The notes beneath the pieces are model-generated. The model was not told the DNA's origin, did not search any database, and saw only the letters and a program-made list of their open reading frames with translations. 64,000 nt of DNA, taken from a virus. Its lineage: Duplodnaviria; Caudoviricetes. This document shows positions 44,726 to 54,327 of the stretch, piece by piece (position 1 is the first letter of the stretch; the number at the start of each line of letters is the position of its first letter). A program made the translations under genes and the position numbers. The DNA lies in IMG/VR virus record IMGVR_UViG_3300021431_000091, positions 32,001-96,000 of that record; one strand, written 5' to 3'.

Positions 44726-44965
44726 ATGGGAAAATTAGTAAGAACAGAAGTTGAAGGCAAGTTTATTGAGCTTGTCAGTGAGAAGGTCTATGCAGACAGC
44801 TATAACGTGACGCTGGATGCTAATTTCCAGGATGACCTGGGATGTGATTCACTTGACGCTATTGAGATCCTGATGGAAGCTGAGCGCGAGTTTGGTGTTG
44901 TAGTACCAGATGACAGGATTGATCATATCAAGACCGTAAGAGAGGCTATTGACTTGATTATGTAG
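44726..44965 (+). CDS. acpP: Acyl carrier protein
   Basis: 'DDLGCDSLDAIEILMEAEREFG' phosphopantetheine-attachment motif. Confidence 0.88.
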   Translation: MGKLVRTEVEGKFIELVSEKVYADSYNVTLDANFQDDLGCDSLDAIEILMEAEREFGVVVPDDRIDHIKTVREAIDLIM

Positions 44966-45125
44966 CTTGACTCTATTTAATGATGATAAGTTTTCTTTTT
45001 AGATGCTATTAGTTAAAATCGCATGTGCATTACAAGCCTGTGAAGGTCGGCACTCTTTTTGGCTTAGATTAATAATGAATTGAAATTTCAGCACTGGCCG
45101 CTGTGAAGTTCCCAGTGTCTTTTTA

Positions 45126-45199
45126 GGTCCAGTAGCTCAGTTGGACAGAGCAATCGCCTCCTAAGCGGTAGGTCATGAGTTCGAGTCTCATCTGGATCA
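45126..45199 (+). tRNA. tRNA-Arg(CCT)
   Basis: Cloverleaf; loop CTCCTAA. Confidence 0.92.
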
Positions 45200-45432
45200 C
45201 AGCAATAGAGCAAATTCCGTTTGTAGAGGCTTCCCAGTATCCTGTGATATGGTGCTGGGAAGCTTTCATTTTGAGACTTCGCGTGCATTATTTTAAGGGG
45301 TTTGTGTACGTGAAAATCTGGGTGATTAAGATTTCTTAACGACACCTTAAGAATCCTTAACCACAAAGGTATTGCCGGTTTGAAAAATTGTGAATATCTT
45401 TGCGGCGCAAAACAACCCCCGTTTGTGGGAAA

Positions 45433-45725
45433 TGTGCATAAAATGTGCATTTTAACATTTGGATTGGGCGTTTTTCAGGAGAGTTGGCAGAGTGGTTAAA
45501 TGCGCCAGACTCGAAATCTGGTGAACGTTTTCGGGCGTTCCGTGGGTTCGAATCCCTCACCTTCCGCCAATTTTAACATTTTTTAGCTGACAAAAAGAGG
45601 CTGAAAAATTGTTATAACTCACTGAAAAACAGCCACTTACACAGAAGGCTGTCTGCGCAAAAACAAGATGCGTAGTTAGGCAAAATTCCGGTGTTCAACT
45701 GCTTAAAATGCACATTTCATGCACA
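45433..45725. repeat. 23-bp inverted repeats flanking tRNA-Ser (putative integrase arm sites, attP-like)
   Basis: TGTGCATAAAATGTGCATTTTAA (45433-45455) vs TTAAAATGCACATTTCATGCACA (45703-45725), 22/23 complementary. Confidence 0.75.
45478..45569 (+). tRNA. tRNA-Ser(CGA), long variable arm, encoded CCA
   Basis: Loop CTCGAAA; GGTTCGAATCC; ends in GCCA. Confidence 0.92.
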
Positions 45726-45784
45726 AATCGCAAAAATTTGGGTGTGAAATTTGCATGTAAGTAGTTGATTAACAGTAAAATTCT

Positions 45785-47071
45785 GTGTTTATGGTAAGTG
45801 TAAATTATCAGGTGTTCGGAAACAAATTTGGTTTGCGACTAAGACTTTACAAAAACGGTGAGGTCAGGTATGTATCAGTCACAAAGTATCTGCGTGGCGA
45901 ATTCAGTAAGAGGCAGTTCAGTGCAAAGAAACAATGCTTTGTGGGAAGTGCTCCGTTAAAAGACCTTAACAACAAATTCCTGGAAGAATTCAGAAAACCC
46001 TATGATGAGCTTGGCAAGGACTGGGATGGCACCTTGTCAGGCTTCCTTATTGCCATCGGACAGGGAACAAAGGAACAGGAGGACACCAGCAGCCTGCATT
46101 GGCTTATCAGGAAATTCATAACCGAAAAGCAGCTGGAGAGGCATAAGGATGGTAGCATAAAGGGAACCTGGGAAGCCTATGACAAGACAGAAAGAAGGCT
46201 TAGGGAATACTTTTGCACCGTACATCAGCATTACCTTGACATTGCCATCCAGGATATGAAGGTTGATCTGGTTAACGACATCCTGGAATACCTGGAAGGT
46301 CATCGTGGTGAAGGCTCAAAATACTATGTTTCCCAGTGTCTCCATGCGGTATTCAATTGGGCAGACAAGATGGGCTACTTTGATTTCTCTACTCTGAAGG
46401 GTGTGCGCTGGGCAAAGAAGAACAAGGAATCAGTACACAAATACCAGACCCTGACAAAAGCCCAATGTAACGCATTCGTGAACCTTAAGAAATCAGAACT
46501 GCCTACCAATCCCAGGAATCCCCAATGGACCTGGAAAGCTCAGCTGTACCATGATTTCTGCGTGTTTATCCTCTATACCTGCCAGTCACCATGTGATGCG
46601 CTGTGCCTTAAGTATGAGGACATCCAGACCATTAACGGTGTCGATCATTTTGTGTTCAAGAGAAGAAAGATAGCTGGGAAACAGTCAACGGCCTGCTCTG
46701 TCCCAATCAATGACAGGATGCGCAAGATAATGAAACGCTGGAAGAGTAAGGCTAAGGATGGCTATATCTTCCCAGTCCGCAATAACTCAACCATAAGGAG
46801 GAATGCGCACGACAACAATGATATAGACAAGTTTATCCAGCGCGTTAATATATGGCTTAAGAAGGTTGGCCCCATTATAGGCGTTCCGTTCCAGCTCCAC
46901 AATTATGTTTTCAGGCACACAGGCATTACACATTATATAAGTACAGGCGTACCTATTATATATGTAGCAAACCTGGCCGGAACCTCAGTGAAGAACTGTG
47001 AGGCCATATACTACAATAACCAGGGAGACACTTCAAGCCGTGATATGGTACTGGCAGCAACTGAGTTTTAG
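45785..47071 (+). CDS. int: Tyrosine integrase (Bacteroidetes type, Ser at the Arg-I position as in IntDOT)
   Basis: Arm-binding N-terminus, YTCQSPCD, RRK, FRHT, LAGTS..Y. Confidence 0.85.
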   Translation: MFMVSVNYQVFGNKFGLRLRLYKNGEVRYVSVTKYLRGEFSKRQFSAKKQCFVGSAPLKDLNNKFLEEFRKPYDELGKDWDGTLSGFLIAIGQGTKEQEDTSSLHWLIRKFITEKQLERHKDGSIKGTWEAYDKTERRLREYFCTVHQHYLDIAIQDMKVDLVNDILEYLEGHRGEGSKYYVSQCLHAVFNWADKMGYFDFSTLKGVRWAKKNKESVHKYQTLTKAQCNAFVNLKKSELPTNPRNPQWTWKAQLYHDFCVFILYTCQSPCDALCLKYEDIQTINGVDHFVFKRRKIAGKQSTACSVPINDRMRKIMKRWKSKAKDGYIFPVRNNSTIRRNAHDNNDIDKFIQRVNIWLKKVGPIIGVPFQLHNYVFRHTGITHYISTGVPIIYVANLAGTSVKNCEAIYYNNQGDTSSRDMVLAATEF

Positions 47072-47075
47072 GCAT

Positions 47076-47111
47076 AAAAAAGAACCTGTCCTCACGGATG
47101 GGTTCTTTTTT
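47076..47111. terminator. Bidirectional terminator between convergent genes
   Basis: AAAAAAGAACC...GGTTCTTTTTT. Confidence 0.85.
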
Positions 47112-47182
47112 AGTTCAATGATTAACTACTAATACTATGAAAAACTACTAACCTAAAAACAAATCCTATTGCTTACTATTCA

Positions 47183-48238
47183 CTATACGTACCATGTTTG
47201 TTTCCACGGGTTAAGTTCCCTGTTAAAATCCTCAACAGCCCAGCCGGTATAAGGATAGTTTTCCTTGTCGTCGATTCTCCTGGGTATCTGAGGATCCAGC
47301 CTGAACTTCTGGGCATCACGTAACCATTGGATAGAGTCGTTGTAGTCGTTGATGCGCACATTTGATATATTTGTCGGAGAGATAAGCTTGTGGAGCTCGT
47401 ATATGGCCAGCCTGGTCATGTGCTTCACAAGGTTCACATTCCTGGGGTCGTCTCTCACGATGTTTGTATGAACCTCAGGAGTCTCCCCGTTCACCTGCAT
47501 TACTGGGTAGTAGACCTCATTACCAAAGACTACGTACTCATGGTCACTAACCTCATACTCATAGTCCTCAACGTAGTCGCCTATCATTCCCCAGTCGTCT
47601 GATTCGTAAGGGTTAACGCTCTTGTCCATTGTGGCTGGGTCCGCTGTCTCCAGAAGCATGAAGAACCTGCCGTCATACCTTACAACGTCATACACCTCAT
47701 ACTGGAGGTTTGCGTGCCATTCATAGGTATCCAGCTTCTTCCAGGCTACAACACCTGGGATCTGAATGTTGTTGAAGTCTATGCCGTTTCCGTTGACGCA
47801 CTTCCAGACTGACTGGTTGAACTTGACCAGATCGCCCTTCTTCCAGGTAATCATCTGGGAATAGAACGGGATCTCGTCAAACTTAATGTCAGACATCTCA
47901 AAATCCATCAGCTCTTCCCAGTACACCTTGTCTGTTGGTCTCTTGAGGGCATTGATACTGGTAAGCGTCCTGTATATCTGCTCCCCATCACCAGCGTCAT
48001 AGGTAATGTAGACATCGGGCGGGTAGGTTATCTGGTTGTTGTACGGTGCTATCTTCTTGCCAACCAGCAGCTCCTCTTCAATCATATAGTGCTGCTTAAG
48101 GTACTCTATGACTGAAAGCTCTGCTGACTGTTCTGCCTGGATGACGCGATCATGGCGTTCACGGGTAAGCTGGGACATCCCCACTTCGGTCATTGTGGAG
48201 AGGTAGTCCGAATCGTTTAGGAATCTGCGGTATGCCAT
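47183..48238 (-). CDS. Head-completion/adaptor-like protein (DUF1320/Mu gp36-like termini) with internal CBM5/12-like repeats
   Basis: N-terminal 'FL..SDY...AE..VIEYL..HY', C-terminal 'DPRN..LVK.M..LAIYELH...Y..SIQWL'; internal W..GD.V.F repeats. Confidence 0.55.
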   Translation of the reverse strand: MAYRRFLNDSDYLSTMTEVGMSQLTRERHDRVIQAEQSAELSVIEYLKQHYMIEEELLVGKKIAPYNNQITYPPDVYITYDAGDGEQIYRTLTSINALKRPTDKVYWEELMDFEMSDIKFDEIPFYSQMITWKKGDLVKFNQSVWKCVNGNGIDFNNIQIPGVVAWKKLDTYEWHANLQYEVYDVVRYDGRFFMLLETADPATMDKSVNPYESDDWGMIGDYVEDYEYEVSDHEYVVFGNEVYYPVMQVNGETPEVHTNIVRDDPRNVNLVKHMTRLAIYELHKLISPTNISNVRINDYNDSIQWLRDAQKFRLDPQIPRRIDDKENYPYTGWAVEDFNRELNPWKQTWYV

Positions 48239-48267
48239 ATTTGTTCTCTTTTATCTTAAATAGCCAG

Positions 48268-49860
48268 TTAGTAGTCCCATTGGTTCGCTGTATCGTAGGC
48301 AGACACGGAATCTGGGACTGTTATGACAGCTGATCTTGTCTGAGACTTGAATTTGCTATACTGTTTACCAAGGTAATAGCACACTGCATAATCAAGGCAA
48401 TCGCTTGCGTGTCCAAGTGTCTCACATTTCACTCCATCAATATATCCTGGATGCTTATGCTTTGTTCCGTCCTCATTTTTCATTTGTTTTAGCAGATCGT
48501 CACAAAGCTTATGGCATCTATAATCAATCTGAATACTCCACCCATCCAGCTTTCCTTCAAAAAGGTAGTTTATAAAATCAAGCCTCGTAATATGAGAAGG
48601 CTGCTTATTCAAAAGCTGAACCTTTGGCCTGAGGATGTCGTTATTCATTGCATTCTTAAGTATGGTAAAATTGTTTGTGCCCTCTTCGGTTTGAGTTGAC
48701 CTGGATAGTCCAGCTGGGTCACCAGTTATTAGAACGCCACCAAGATGACCACGCGCACTAAGTGTTTCCGCAAGCATTTTACCCATAGCTGGCGCATTGT
48801 TTGTTTTTTCCTTTGGTTTTCCAAGTAATTCGTCAAGCACATAAAACACCTTAGCATCATAATCTATTTGTATTAACAAGGCAACAAGGTATGGCGCAAC
48901 ATTGAAGTCAACTGAAACTATTATCGGCTTTAACTTATTGTAAATTCGTTCTCTAAGATTTTGTTTTACATGCGTTATAGAGCTGAACGAATGATATGCA
49001 GCGTTTTCATTTCCGTCTGGATCAGACCAAAGTCCATACAATAACCTGTTTCTTGTGTATGGGTCTGAAATGGACATAAGGTTATTAGCATAGGTTTGGA
49101 CAAAAAGTGGGTCCGGATTGTCCCAGACTAATGCAGGAACAAACCTATAACCCTCTGGTAGCTCAGTTAATGGGTCTCCATTTTCATCTTGCACAAACGT
49201 TTCTCTAAGCCAGCATGTAGCTGGGTTTGTTCCCATAAGAATCTTTGGCACCAAGAATGTTTCAGCAATCATCCAACGACAACGTGAAAGCAAAACCTCA
49301 ACAGCTTTCTTCGACACTTCAGATGCCTCATCTATATATGCTGCCGTAATTTCATACGATCCCAACCAAGAGAACTCTTTGTCGCTTGGCTTGTCCTCAA
49401 GACCAAAGCACAGTATTACTGAACCATTCCAGAAAGTAACGATTGACTCCACGTTATTGAGGTGATAATGAACACCTTCTTGTAACCCAAATGATTTTAA
49501 TATTCTCATAAGAGTTACCCATGTTGTTCCTTTCAAAACTTTTAACACCTTACGGGCAATTACAAACCTTGCTTCTGGGAATCTAAGACAGGTCATAACA
49601 CCCCAAGCGCACCCCAGGTGACTCTTGCCCGCGCCACCCGCACCTCCAAATAATATAAGCCTTGGAATGTCGGTAGTTGAACAATTTTTACAAAACGGCT
49701 TTTTAATTGGGTTTCCAGAACTATCAAAACCAATAGTACGCATCTCAAGCTCACCACCGCACTTATCACAACGATTAGGCTCAAGCATTTGCATCACCAG
49801 GTATTGCCTATAACTTGGGTGGAAATCTATTTTTCCAGTGAACGGTTCTAATTTTTTCAT
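48268..49860 (-). CDS. terL: Terminase large subunit
   Basis: Walker A GGAGGAGKS, Walker B YIDE, MGTNP, nuclease VDFN and HASD. Confidence 0.93.
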   Translation of the reverse strand: MKKLEPFTGKIDFHPSYRQYLVMQMLEPNRCDKCGGELEMRTIGFDSSGNPIKKPFCKNCSTTDIPRLILFGGAGGAGKSHLGCAWGVMTCLRFPEARFVIARKVLKVLKGTTWVTLMRILKSFGLQEGVHYHLNNVESIVTFWNGSVILCFGLEDKPSDKEFSWLGSYEITAAYIDEASEVSKKAVEVLLSRCRWMIAETFLVPKILMGTNPATCWLRETFVQDENGDPLTELPEGYRFVPALVWDNPDPLFVQTYANNLMSISDPYTRNRLLYGLWSDPDGNENAAYHSFSSITHVKQNLRERIYNKLKPIIVSVDFNVAPYLVALLIQIDYDAKVFYVLDELLGKPKEKTNNAPAMGKMLAETLSARGHLGGVLITGDPAGLSRSTQTEEGTNNFTILKNAMNNDILRPKVQLLNKQPSHITRLDFINYLFEGKLDGWSIQIDYRCHKLCDDLLKQMKNEDGTKHKHPGYIDGVKCETLGHASDCLDYAVCYYLGKQYSKFKSQTRSAVITVPDSVSAYDTANQWDY

Positions 49861-50085
49861 TTGAATTTCTCCTTCAGTTCCACACAGTTCTACATTAAAA
49901 GCGGACGGGGAGAGTGTAGAACTGAGCCCTCCCCTACATTACGGACTCCGCTTCATTGAATTCATAAGTAAATAGGGGGCCTGTAAAATACCCAGTTGAA
50001 ACTTTAATCTCCATTAATCAAAAGTTCCCGACCCCTCACAGGCCAGGAACCTTCCCTTGAAAAATCTAATACCATGAAAAACTTA

Positions 50086-50424
50086 TCAACACTTTGTTAC
50101 GTCAAGCTTGTCATACAGCAACATGACCACTATCCAGTATTCATCTGGGTGCTCCCCGTCCGAAAGTGCCTCGATTGCCTTGCGGACATACTGGCATTCC
50201 TGGTCAGTAAACTCAAACTCCTTCGGGTTGTCCATATCCTTCTTGGCATCCCATGTAACATTGCTCTCGTTCTCCTGCTTGAAGTCTACGAGTGCTTTGT
50301 CCTCATCAGTGATCTCAACCTTCTGGATAATACTCTTTTTCAGCTGGTACTCAATAAGTGAGTTTTGCTGCGGAAGGACGTTCATCAGATACAGTCTTTC
50401 CTTGATCAGTAACTTTGTTTTCAT
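50086..50424 (-). CDS. Hypothetical protein
   Basis: ORF track. Confidence 0.7.
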   Translation of the reverse strand: MKTKLLIKERLYLMNVLPQQNSLIEYQLKKSIIQKVEITDEDKALVDFKQENESNVTWDAKKDMDNPKEFEFTDQECQYVRKAIEALSDGEHPDEYWIVVMLLYDKLDVTKC

Positions 50425-50480
50425 TCTCGTTTGGTTTTATTGGATTATTATATACTTTCTTGAGTTTCCCAGGAACCTGG

Positions 50481-50999
50481 CTACCCAAGCTTTTTAAGAA
50501 TTCCAGCGATTTTCTTCCTTGCTCCATAAAGTATCCCAAGTATTACCGCAAGAACGAAACCGATAGCCACATACCCAGCCTTGTCCTTCAGGGATGGCTG
50601 CACGTAAACGGTTTCCTTCCTGCTTTTGTCCTTATTGTGGCTTTCCGCTTTTTCCTTTATCTTGACCGTATCCGTATGATGGATAATCTTAGTCAACTGA
50701 GCCCCTGGGATGCTGTTAAGTGAGTGATGCAGGAACTGACCATCCCAGTATGCATCTGACTCATAAAGACCATCCTGGATGTGTGATGCCGTGTCCTTTG
50801 TGACAACAGACTGGGATGATGCAGGAACCTCTATCTTAACAGTATCAGGCCTTACATAAACCAGCACACTATCAACTGTCCTTACGGTATCAGTCTGGAT
50901 AACCGTATTCTCGACCACTCGCGGGGAACAGCACCCTCCAAACAGTGCTGCCCCCAACAACATTATCATTGATATGGTCGCCAAAAGAAGTTTTCTCAT
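50481..50999 (-). CDS. Lipoprotein with C-terminal TM (unimolecular-spanin-like)
   Basis: Signal peptide with lipobox LFGGC, C-terminal TM helix and basic tail. Confidence 0.55.
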   Translation of the reverse strand: MRKLLLATISMIMLLGAALFGGCCSPRVVENTVIQTDTVRTVDSVLVYVRPDTVKIEVPASSQSVVTKDTASHIQDGLYESDAYWDGQFLHHSLNSIPGAQLTKIIHHTDTVKIKEKAESHNKDKSRKETVYVQPSLKDKAGYVAIGFVLAVILGILYGARKKIAGILKKLG

Positions 51000-51267
51000 A
51001 TTATAAAGTCTCCAAATTCTTCTTCAACAGTCTTTGCATTCAGGTCTCTCAGTGCCAGTATTGGGAAGAACCATTCCTCTCCGGCAAACTCCCCGCCAAC
51101 TATCCTTACCCAGGCACCACTGTTCCTTTTCTTTCTTTTTACGAGGGAAACCACCATTCCCTCCATGCCTATGAACCCGTCCAGCCTCATGTCGTGAAGC
51201 TCACTGGAAGCCTCTATGATAACATGGGCCTTCTCCTTTATTTTCTGGTGTGGGTCATAGTTGTATA

Positions 51268-51513
51268 TCACTGGTTGTTCTTGTGTTCTATTTCGAATTG
51301 GGCATCCAGCTTTGTAACCTTGTTCTGGATGTCGATAATCTTCTCCATCATCTTATCCATGTCGGCATCATTCTTGGTCTGAGCCTTGACATAGTTATCA
51401 ACCTGTACCTCCAACACCGCAATACGGTTGTTGATCTGAATCCAAGCTCCTAAAAAGGCGATTGCAACCGTAAAGAGAGCTCCAATAAACGTGTTCCTAA
51501 GTGTCTTGTCCAT
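51268..51513 (-). CDS. TM plus coiled-coil protein (holin-like)
   Basis: N-terminal TM followed by heptad repeats. Confidence 0.45.
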   Translation of the reverse strand: MDKTLRNTFIGALFTVAIAFLGAWIQINNRIAVLEVQVDNYVKAQTKNDADMDKMMEKIIDIQNKVTKLDAQFEIEHKNNQ

Positions 51514-51518
51514 TTTTA

Positions 51519-52067
51519 TTATTTGTCATTATCGTTTTTTACTGACTCTTCCAGGGCAAGCTGTTCCTTGGTCTTTACAGGTTTGTCGGGAACAATGACG
51601 TTAAAGGTTAATCCACCCTTGTTCTTGTCACCATCTTCCCCAGCTTCCACCTCTTTCTTGATGGCAGGCGTAATGTCAATGAGCGTCTTGATGGAATTGT
51701 TGGCCACAGAGCGCATAGCGGCAGGGGAAAGCTTGTTGCCTCTCCTGTCAGTAAATTGCGCTTCAGAACACTCATCGATTATTTTGAGAAGTGTAGATCT
51801 CAGACGGATTTTAAGGAGCTCTGTTTCCTGATCATCCTCAGAAGCCTTCTGAAGCTCCTGGATATATCCTTTGATATTCTCATCAGAAAGCAGTTCCTTT
51901 ACATAATGGCATATAAATGGATCATCAGCTGGGACACCCTCTTTCTTACCCACAGTCTCAATGTAGCACTGGGTGGGGTTTCCAGCGAATTTTGGGCTTC
52001 CTTCCACAAGTAAGATGCAGAAGTCTTGCTCGCATTCCCTCAGGCTATTATAATATTTGCTTGCCAT
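51519..52067 (-). CDS. Putative terminase small subunit
   Basis: 'EQDFCILLVEG..NPTQCY...KELLSDENIKGYIQEL' TerS-like pattern, upstream of terL. Confidence 0.5.
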   Translation of the reverse strand: MASKYYNSLRECEQDFCILLVEGSPKFAGNPTQCYIETVGKKEGVPADDPFICHYVKELLSDENIKGYIQELQKASEDDQETELLKIRLRSTLLKIIDECSEAQFTDRRGNKLSPAAMRSVANNSIKTLIDITPAIKKEVEAGEDGDKNKGGLTFNVIVPDKPVKTKEQLALEESVKNDNDK

Positions 52068-52115
52068 ATTCTTTTCTTTATCTTAAATAGCCTATTTGGA
52101 AGGATTCAGGGTGAT

Positions 52116-52526
52116 TCATTTCTTGTCATCACCCAGAATCTGATCCATGATTGCATTATAGAACATCTTTTTCAGCCCCTCAGCGCATTGTTCAACGTCT
52201 GCTGCACTGGTAATTGCCTCCCTGTTGAACTTAATCTGGAGGGCATAACCGCTTATAATGCACAGCACCTTCCCAGTCGGCTGATCGATAACCTGGAACA
52301 CCGATAAGTCGGAAAGTCTCTTAAAGGTCTCAGTCGGCTCATTGGGCAACCCAGAAGCGTCAGAGGCAAGCTTTACATGGGTGGTCTTGTTTATGATGTC
52401 CACTGCATCCTTAATCTCATCAGCATTAACCTTACCGGCTTCTGCCATATCCTTAACCTTCTCCTCTGTTTCAGAAGGAGCTGGGACAAACGTCCCAGTC
52501 TTTTTATCCAACACAAAATTTCCCAT
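52116..52526 (-). CDS. Hypothetical protein
   Basis: ORF track. Confidence 0.7.
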   Translation of the reverse strand: MGNFVLDKKTGTFVPAPSETEEKVKDMAEAGKVNADEIKDAVDIINKTTHVKLASDASGLPNEPTETFKRLSDLSVFQVIDQPTGKVLCIISGYALQIKFNREAITSAADVEQCAEGLKKMFYNAIMDQILGDDKK

Positions 52527-52529
52527 ATC

Positions 52530-53324
52530 CTAAATCTTGAAATGTTCTCTTTTCTTTTCCTTCTTGTTCTCGACCAGGCCTGAACCGCCTTCATCACCGC
52601 CACCGCTTGCATTACGCATCCTTATAGTAAAGGTGCGGACAATCTCCTCGGTGGCCGTAACATCAGCATCAGCATCGTGGGCATCGTCCAGCTCAATACC
52701 AAGCTTCTCAGCAAGTGTCCCCAGCTTATAGTTGGTAAGTCCGGCATTGCAAAGGCCCATATATGCCAGGGTAAGTGTGTCCAGGATCAAAGGCTGGAAC
52801 TCTCCGTGAAAGTCCTCGTTGCCCTTTACGCACTTGCAGAACTCCTTCCAGAGACCAGCGTACTCCAAAAGCTGCTGTATCATACCTATATCATAAAGGA
52901 TGTTCTGACCAACAATGAAAGGCTGTCCGTCCCTTGCGCTGGAAATCCTTGCCTTTTTGCAGAAGTCAACTATCATCTGGGCAGCTTCCTCATAGGGCAC
53001 ACCGTTCTCTCTCAGAAAATCCAGTGTCAGACCATGAACCTTGAATGCGGCATCTGAATAGGTCATCAGTTCCTCAGCAGCCTCCTTCTCATCCTCAATC
53101 TCATACTTGGTCTTGAGCTTCTTTTTCTTGGGCTTGCCAATGTCTGTTTTTCTGTTATATGGCTGAATGAAGATATTGATTGAGTCAAACCTCTCAAATG
53201 TGTCCAGCCTTACCGCATGGATACTCACGGAACAAACCGCGCATTCCTTATTATTCAAACCTCCAGTCTCGGTATCAAGAACCAGCATTACCGGAACCAA
53301 ACTTGTTTCTTTAGGTGCTGCCAT
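52530..53324 (-). CDS. DEDDh 3'-5' exonuclease (DnaQ-like)
   Basis: LDTETGG, GQNILYD, HDADAD. Confidence 0.9.
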   Translation of the reverse strand: MAAPKETSLVPVMLVLDTETGGLNNKECAVCSVSIHAVRLDTFERFDSINIFIQPYNRKTDIGKPKKKKLKTKYEIEDEKEAAEELMTYSDAAFKVHGLTLDFLRENGVPYEEAAQMIVDFCKKARISSARDGQPFIVGQNILYDIGMIQQLLEYAGLWKEFCKCVKGNEDFHGEFQPLILDTLTLAYMGLCNAGLTNYKLGTLAEKLGIELDDAHDADADVTATEEIVRTFTIRMRNASGGGDEGGSGLVENKKEKKREHFKI

Positions 53325-53327
53325 AAT

Positions 53328-54176
53328 TTATTTCTCCATAATTTGTGCTAATGCGATTGATAACTCTTTTTTAATATGCGTCCTGGGGCCGCTGTTATTG
53401 ATTTTCCTGAAGGGCCTGAAGGTAAGTTCTGGAAGCTCCTGGAATCTCATATAGTCTTGAATTATTCGCTTCAGGCTAACCTTCCTTTTTCTCCTTGCAC
53501 CCTCTGAAGCTGTTATCTTGATGGGGTACAGTCTTAAATTTGGGTTCTTCTGCATCATCATAATTCCCAGCTCATCCACAACATAGACATTGATACCAGG
53601 AACAAAATCCTCCTCAGTCGCCCAGTATTCATAGCCTCCATACTGGGTGTATGTCACCAGCCCCTCCTTAGGTGCCGGACCTTTTACAAACTTGTGGTCA
53701 ACATCATGTACCTCACCAGGTCTCATAGGCCTTGTGGTGCTGGAACATACGATATGGATGCCCCAGTGGTCATGAAGGAAATTGGCTGCGAAAGACTTGC
53801 CACAACCGGATCTCCCGTAAATGCAGATAACTTTCTTTCTCTTATCCATAGCTTTTTTCTGTTCTTTGATTTTTCTTCTACGTTCACGCTGGTAGGCATT
53901 GATCCTGTCCCTTTCGAAATAGTAAGGATGCATATACCTCCTGCCTTTGTTTCTCTCCTCATAGGACTGCTTTATCTTACGTTTCCGTTCTGGATTGGCA
54001 AGGTCCCATTTCTTAGCATTACGGTCAAAGGTCTCCTTGTATTGAAGGTAGATCTTCTCGTTATGCTCTTTCTTGCGTTCCTGGTCCTCATCAACTCGGA
54101 CAACGCCCCACTCATCAGAAATCCCAGACTCCATTTTCCCTGTCATTTTGGATTTTCTCGGCTTTCTTCCTGGCAT
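53328..54176 (-). CDS. Guanylate kinase-like protein with basic N-terminal extension
   Basis: GRSGCGKS, SSTTRPMRPGE, YGGYEY. Confidence 0.8.
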   Translation of the reverse strand: MPGRKPRKSKMTGKMESGISDEWGVVRVDEDQERKKEHNEKIYLQYKETFDRNAKKWDLANPERKRKIKQSYEERNKGRRYMHPYYFERDRINAYQRERRRKIKEQKKAMDKRKKVICIYGRSGCGKSFAANFLHDHWGIHIVCSSTTRPMRPGEVHDVDHKFVKGPAPKEGLVTYTQYGGYEYWATEEDFVPGINVYVVDELGIMMMQKNPNLRLYPIKITASEGARRKRKVSLKRIIQDYMRFQELPELTFRPFRKINNSGPRTHIKKELSIALAQIMEK

Positions 54177-54327
54177 AAACCTCTCTGGCCTTAGCCTTCA
54201 CCTTCTCACTATTTGCAGCGTAATACTGTCTCCTACGCTCCTTCTCGTCCTCTCGGTGGTCCCGATAATAGAGGCGATTGTACTCCTTAATTTTACTCTT
54301 CTCTTTGTACGGCATAACTATAAATAT

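Noticed and set aside
54115-54315. Possible HNH endonuclease remnant or frameshift with the guanylate kinase N-terminus
   Set aside because: Only the basic helical repeat is present, with no HNH motif or clear slippery site; left as a hypothetical.
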